From contig CM068760.1 of the NCBI GenBank assembly GCA_035084275.1, positions 2,728,001-2,792,000 of the forward strand: DNA of 64,000 nt, given 5' to 3'. The stretch's first letter is position 1. Every line of letters starts with the position of its first letter. This document shows positions 62,542 to 64,000 of this stretch, piece by piece. The stretch is from Hydrolagus colliei (lineage: Eukaryota). The translations under genes were made by a program, and so were the position numbers. The notes below the pieces were generated by a model. The model searched no databases. It was not told where the DNA came from and worked only from the letters and a program-made list of their open reading frames with translations.

Positions 62542-64000
62542 TTCCTTTTTTTTAAAAGGCAAAATTGCATCAGGTGCATAAGACTGTAAACCAACTTATA
62601 CTTTTATACTGTCTGGAGTACTTCCTCCATGGGTTCTTAGGTTCAATACATTGGAATTACAAAGTACAGTAGTTACATTTTAGTGGAAAAACATTTTTAA
62701 AAATGGATAATTAAAAGATGCCACATTTTTACCATGAAATGGTGCAGTTTTTGTGAACTGGTGCAGGAATACCATAGAATCTTGTAGTTATGGGTAAGAA
62801 TGAACGCAATTAACTACAATGGATTTCCCAATAAACTCTAATCTGTATTTTTCAGGGCTATATTCTTACATACTGGTACAGCAATTACTTGCAACTATTT
62901 TTTCATGGGTTTAATCTTTGTCCATGTCCTGGCAGTTGGTCATAATGTCAGTATTTTAGGAACAGCTGACCTCTCAGAAGCATGTGGCCATGAATAAAAA
63001 TTTAATAATTTAGTTGCTTTGCAGGGGGAAAAATGCTCACAGATTCAACTGCCTAGTAGAAAATGCTGTATTAAAAAAATATCAATATATGTGCTTCATG
63101 GAACATTTCATATAGTGGTGGAACAAATGATGACATTGGCAGCATGGCTCTTAAATTGGGTCATGATAGTTTGGGTGCCTGTGTATTTAAAATCCATATC
63201 ACTGACACATCCGATTATATGAAACCTATAATGTTTCTGCTGTTAATGATCACAGAAATATACAGGAATCCTCAACCTGTGATGAAGAATATTGGCTCAA
63301 AAATGAATAATTGTCAGCATTTTTATTTGCTTGTTTTTCACTCACTCTCTTTCAAAGCTCACCCCCCATTGCAGACAATAATATGGTAATTTAGGATTTT
63401 TAAAAAGAATGTATTGGATTTGAATAATTCGGTTTTGCAATTAGGTCAGAAATTTTCTCTGAGTGGTAATTGTCTACCCAGAGAATCCATCCCAGACACT
63501 GTTTCCTAGATTGTCTCCACTACAGCTATATCCCAGAGGCTATTAATGCACTATACATGCCTGACTGAACTACTTTGATCAAACAGTAACTGACGGTATG
63601 CAGTCTTTTTTTTTTTAAAAAGTACTTAAAGTGCACGAAATGTGTGATACATGAAAAACTCTCAGAATAGGAAAAGCCTCGAATTTGAGACAAAGTTCAG
63701 GTGTGGCTTGGAAGTATTTGGGGAAAAACAAAATTTCCGTTTTTATCCTGGTCTGATTGCTGACATCCTTTTAAAGCTGGTTATCCACTTAAAAGGAAGA
63801 CTAAGGTAGTGAGAGGTTGGGTTGTCTTTACACAACTGCACTAAAATCATTTTTAAAAATCGACAGTGAGTTCACAGATCTTTTCCTCCACCCAAAAACT
63901 ATTGCAGCCAAGATTCCATTTGAATTCAGTTTGGGAGTTTGTTGTGAGAATGAACAAAGTTCACCCTCAGTGAGAGAAAAAGCAGGTTCAGTTGCCAGTG

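Noticed and set aside
1-64000. CRISPR arrays, rRNA, intronic snoRNA, intact autonomous transposon
   Set aside because: No regularly spaced repeat-spacer array, rRNA-like sequence or convincing C/D or H/ACA box pair seen. All LINE pieces are truncated. A covariance-model scan would be needed to exclude small RNAs.

Overview
Vertebrate genomic DNA. The repeat content (tRNA-headed SINE with a DeuSINE/L2-type tail, CR1 and L2 fragments) suggests a cartilaginous fish, probably a chimaera; this is an inference. Positions 1-35.1 kb hold the 3' part of BPTF (NURF301/FALZ) on the + strand. I reconstructed 29 GT-AG exons (6598-33211) whose phases chain into one open frame of 7526 nt (about 2508 codons), ending in PHD-PHD-bromodomain, then a ~1.9 kb 3' UTR. 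A 200-N gap (38328-38527) is followed by ~25 kb of AT-rich, repeat-strewn sequence with no gene I can recognise. I found no convincing new multi-gene system. The best leads are: (1) a 174-nt permuted-PHD cassette exon that switches BPTF between one and two PHD fingers; (2) an inverted SINE pair bracketing the 3' exon block, predicting a circBPTF; (3) an alternative donor followed by RBFOX motifs; (4) a frameshift-truncated C-terminus with the ancestral tail still readable; (5) several fold-back or templated-insertion scars.
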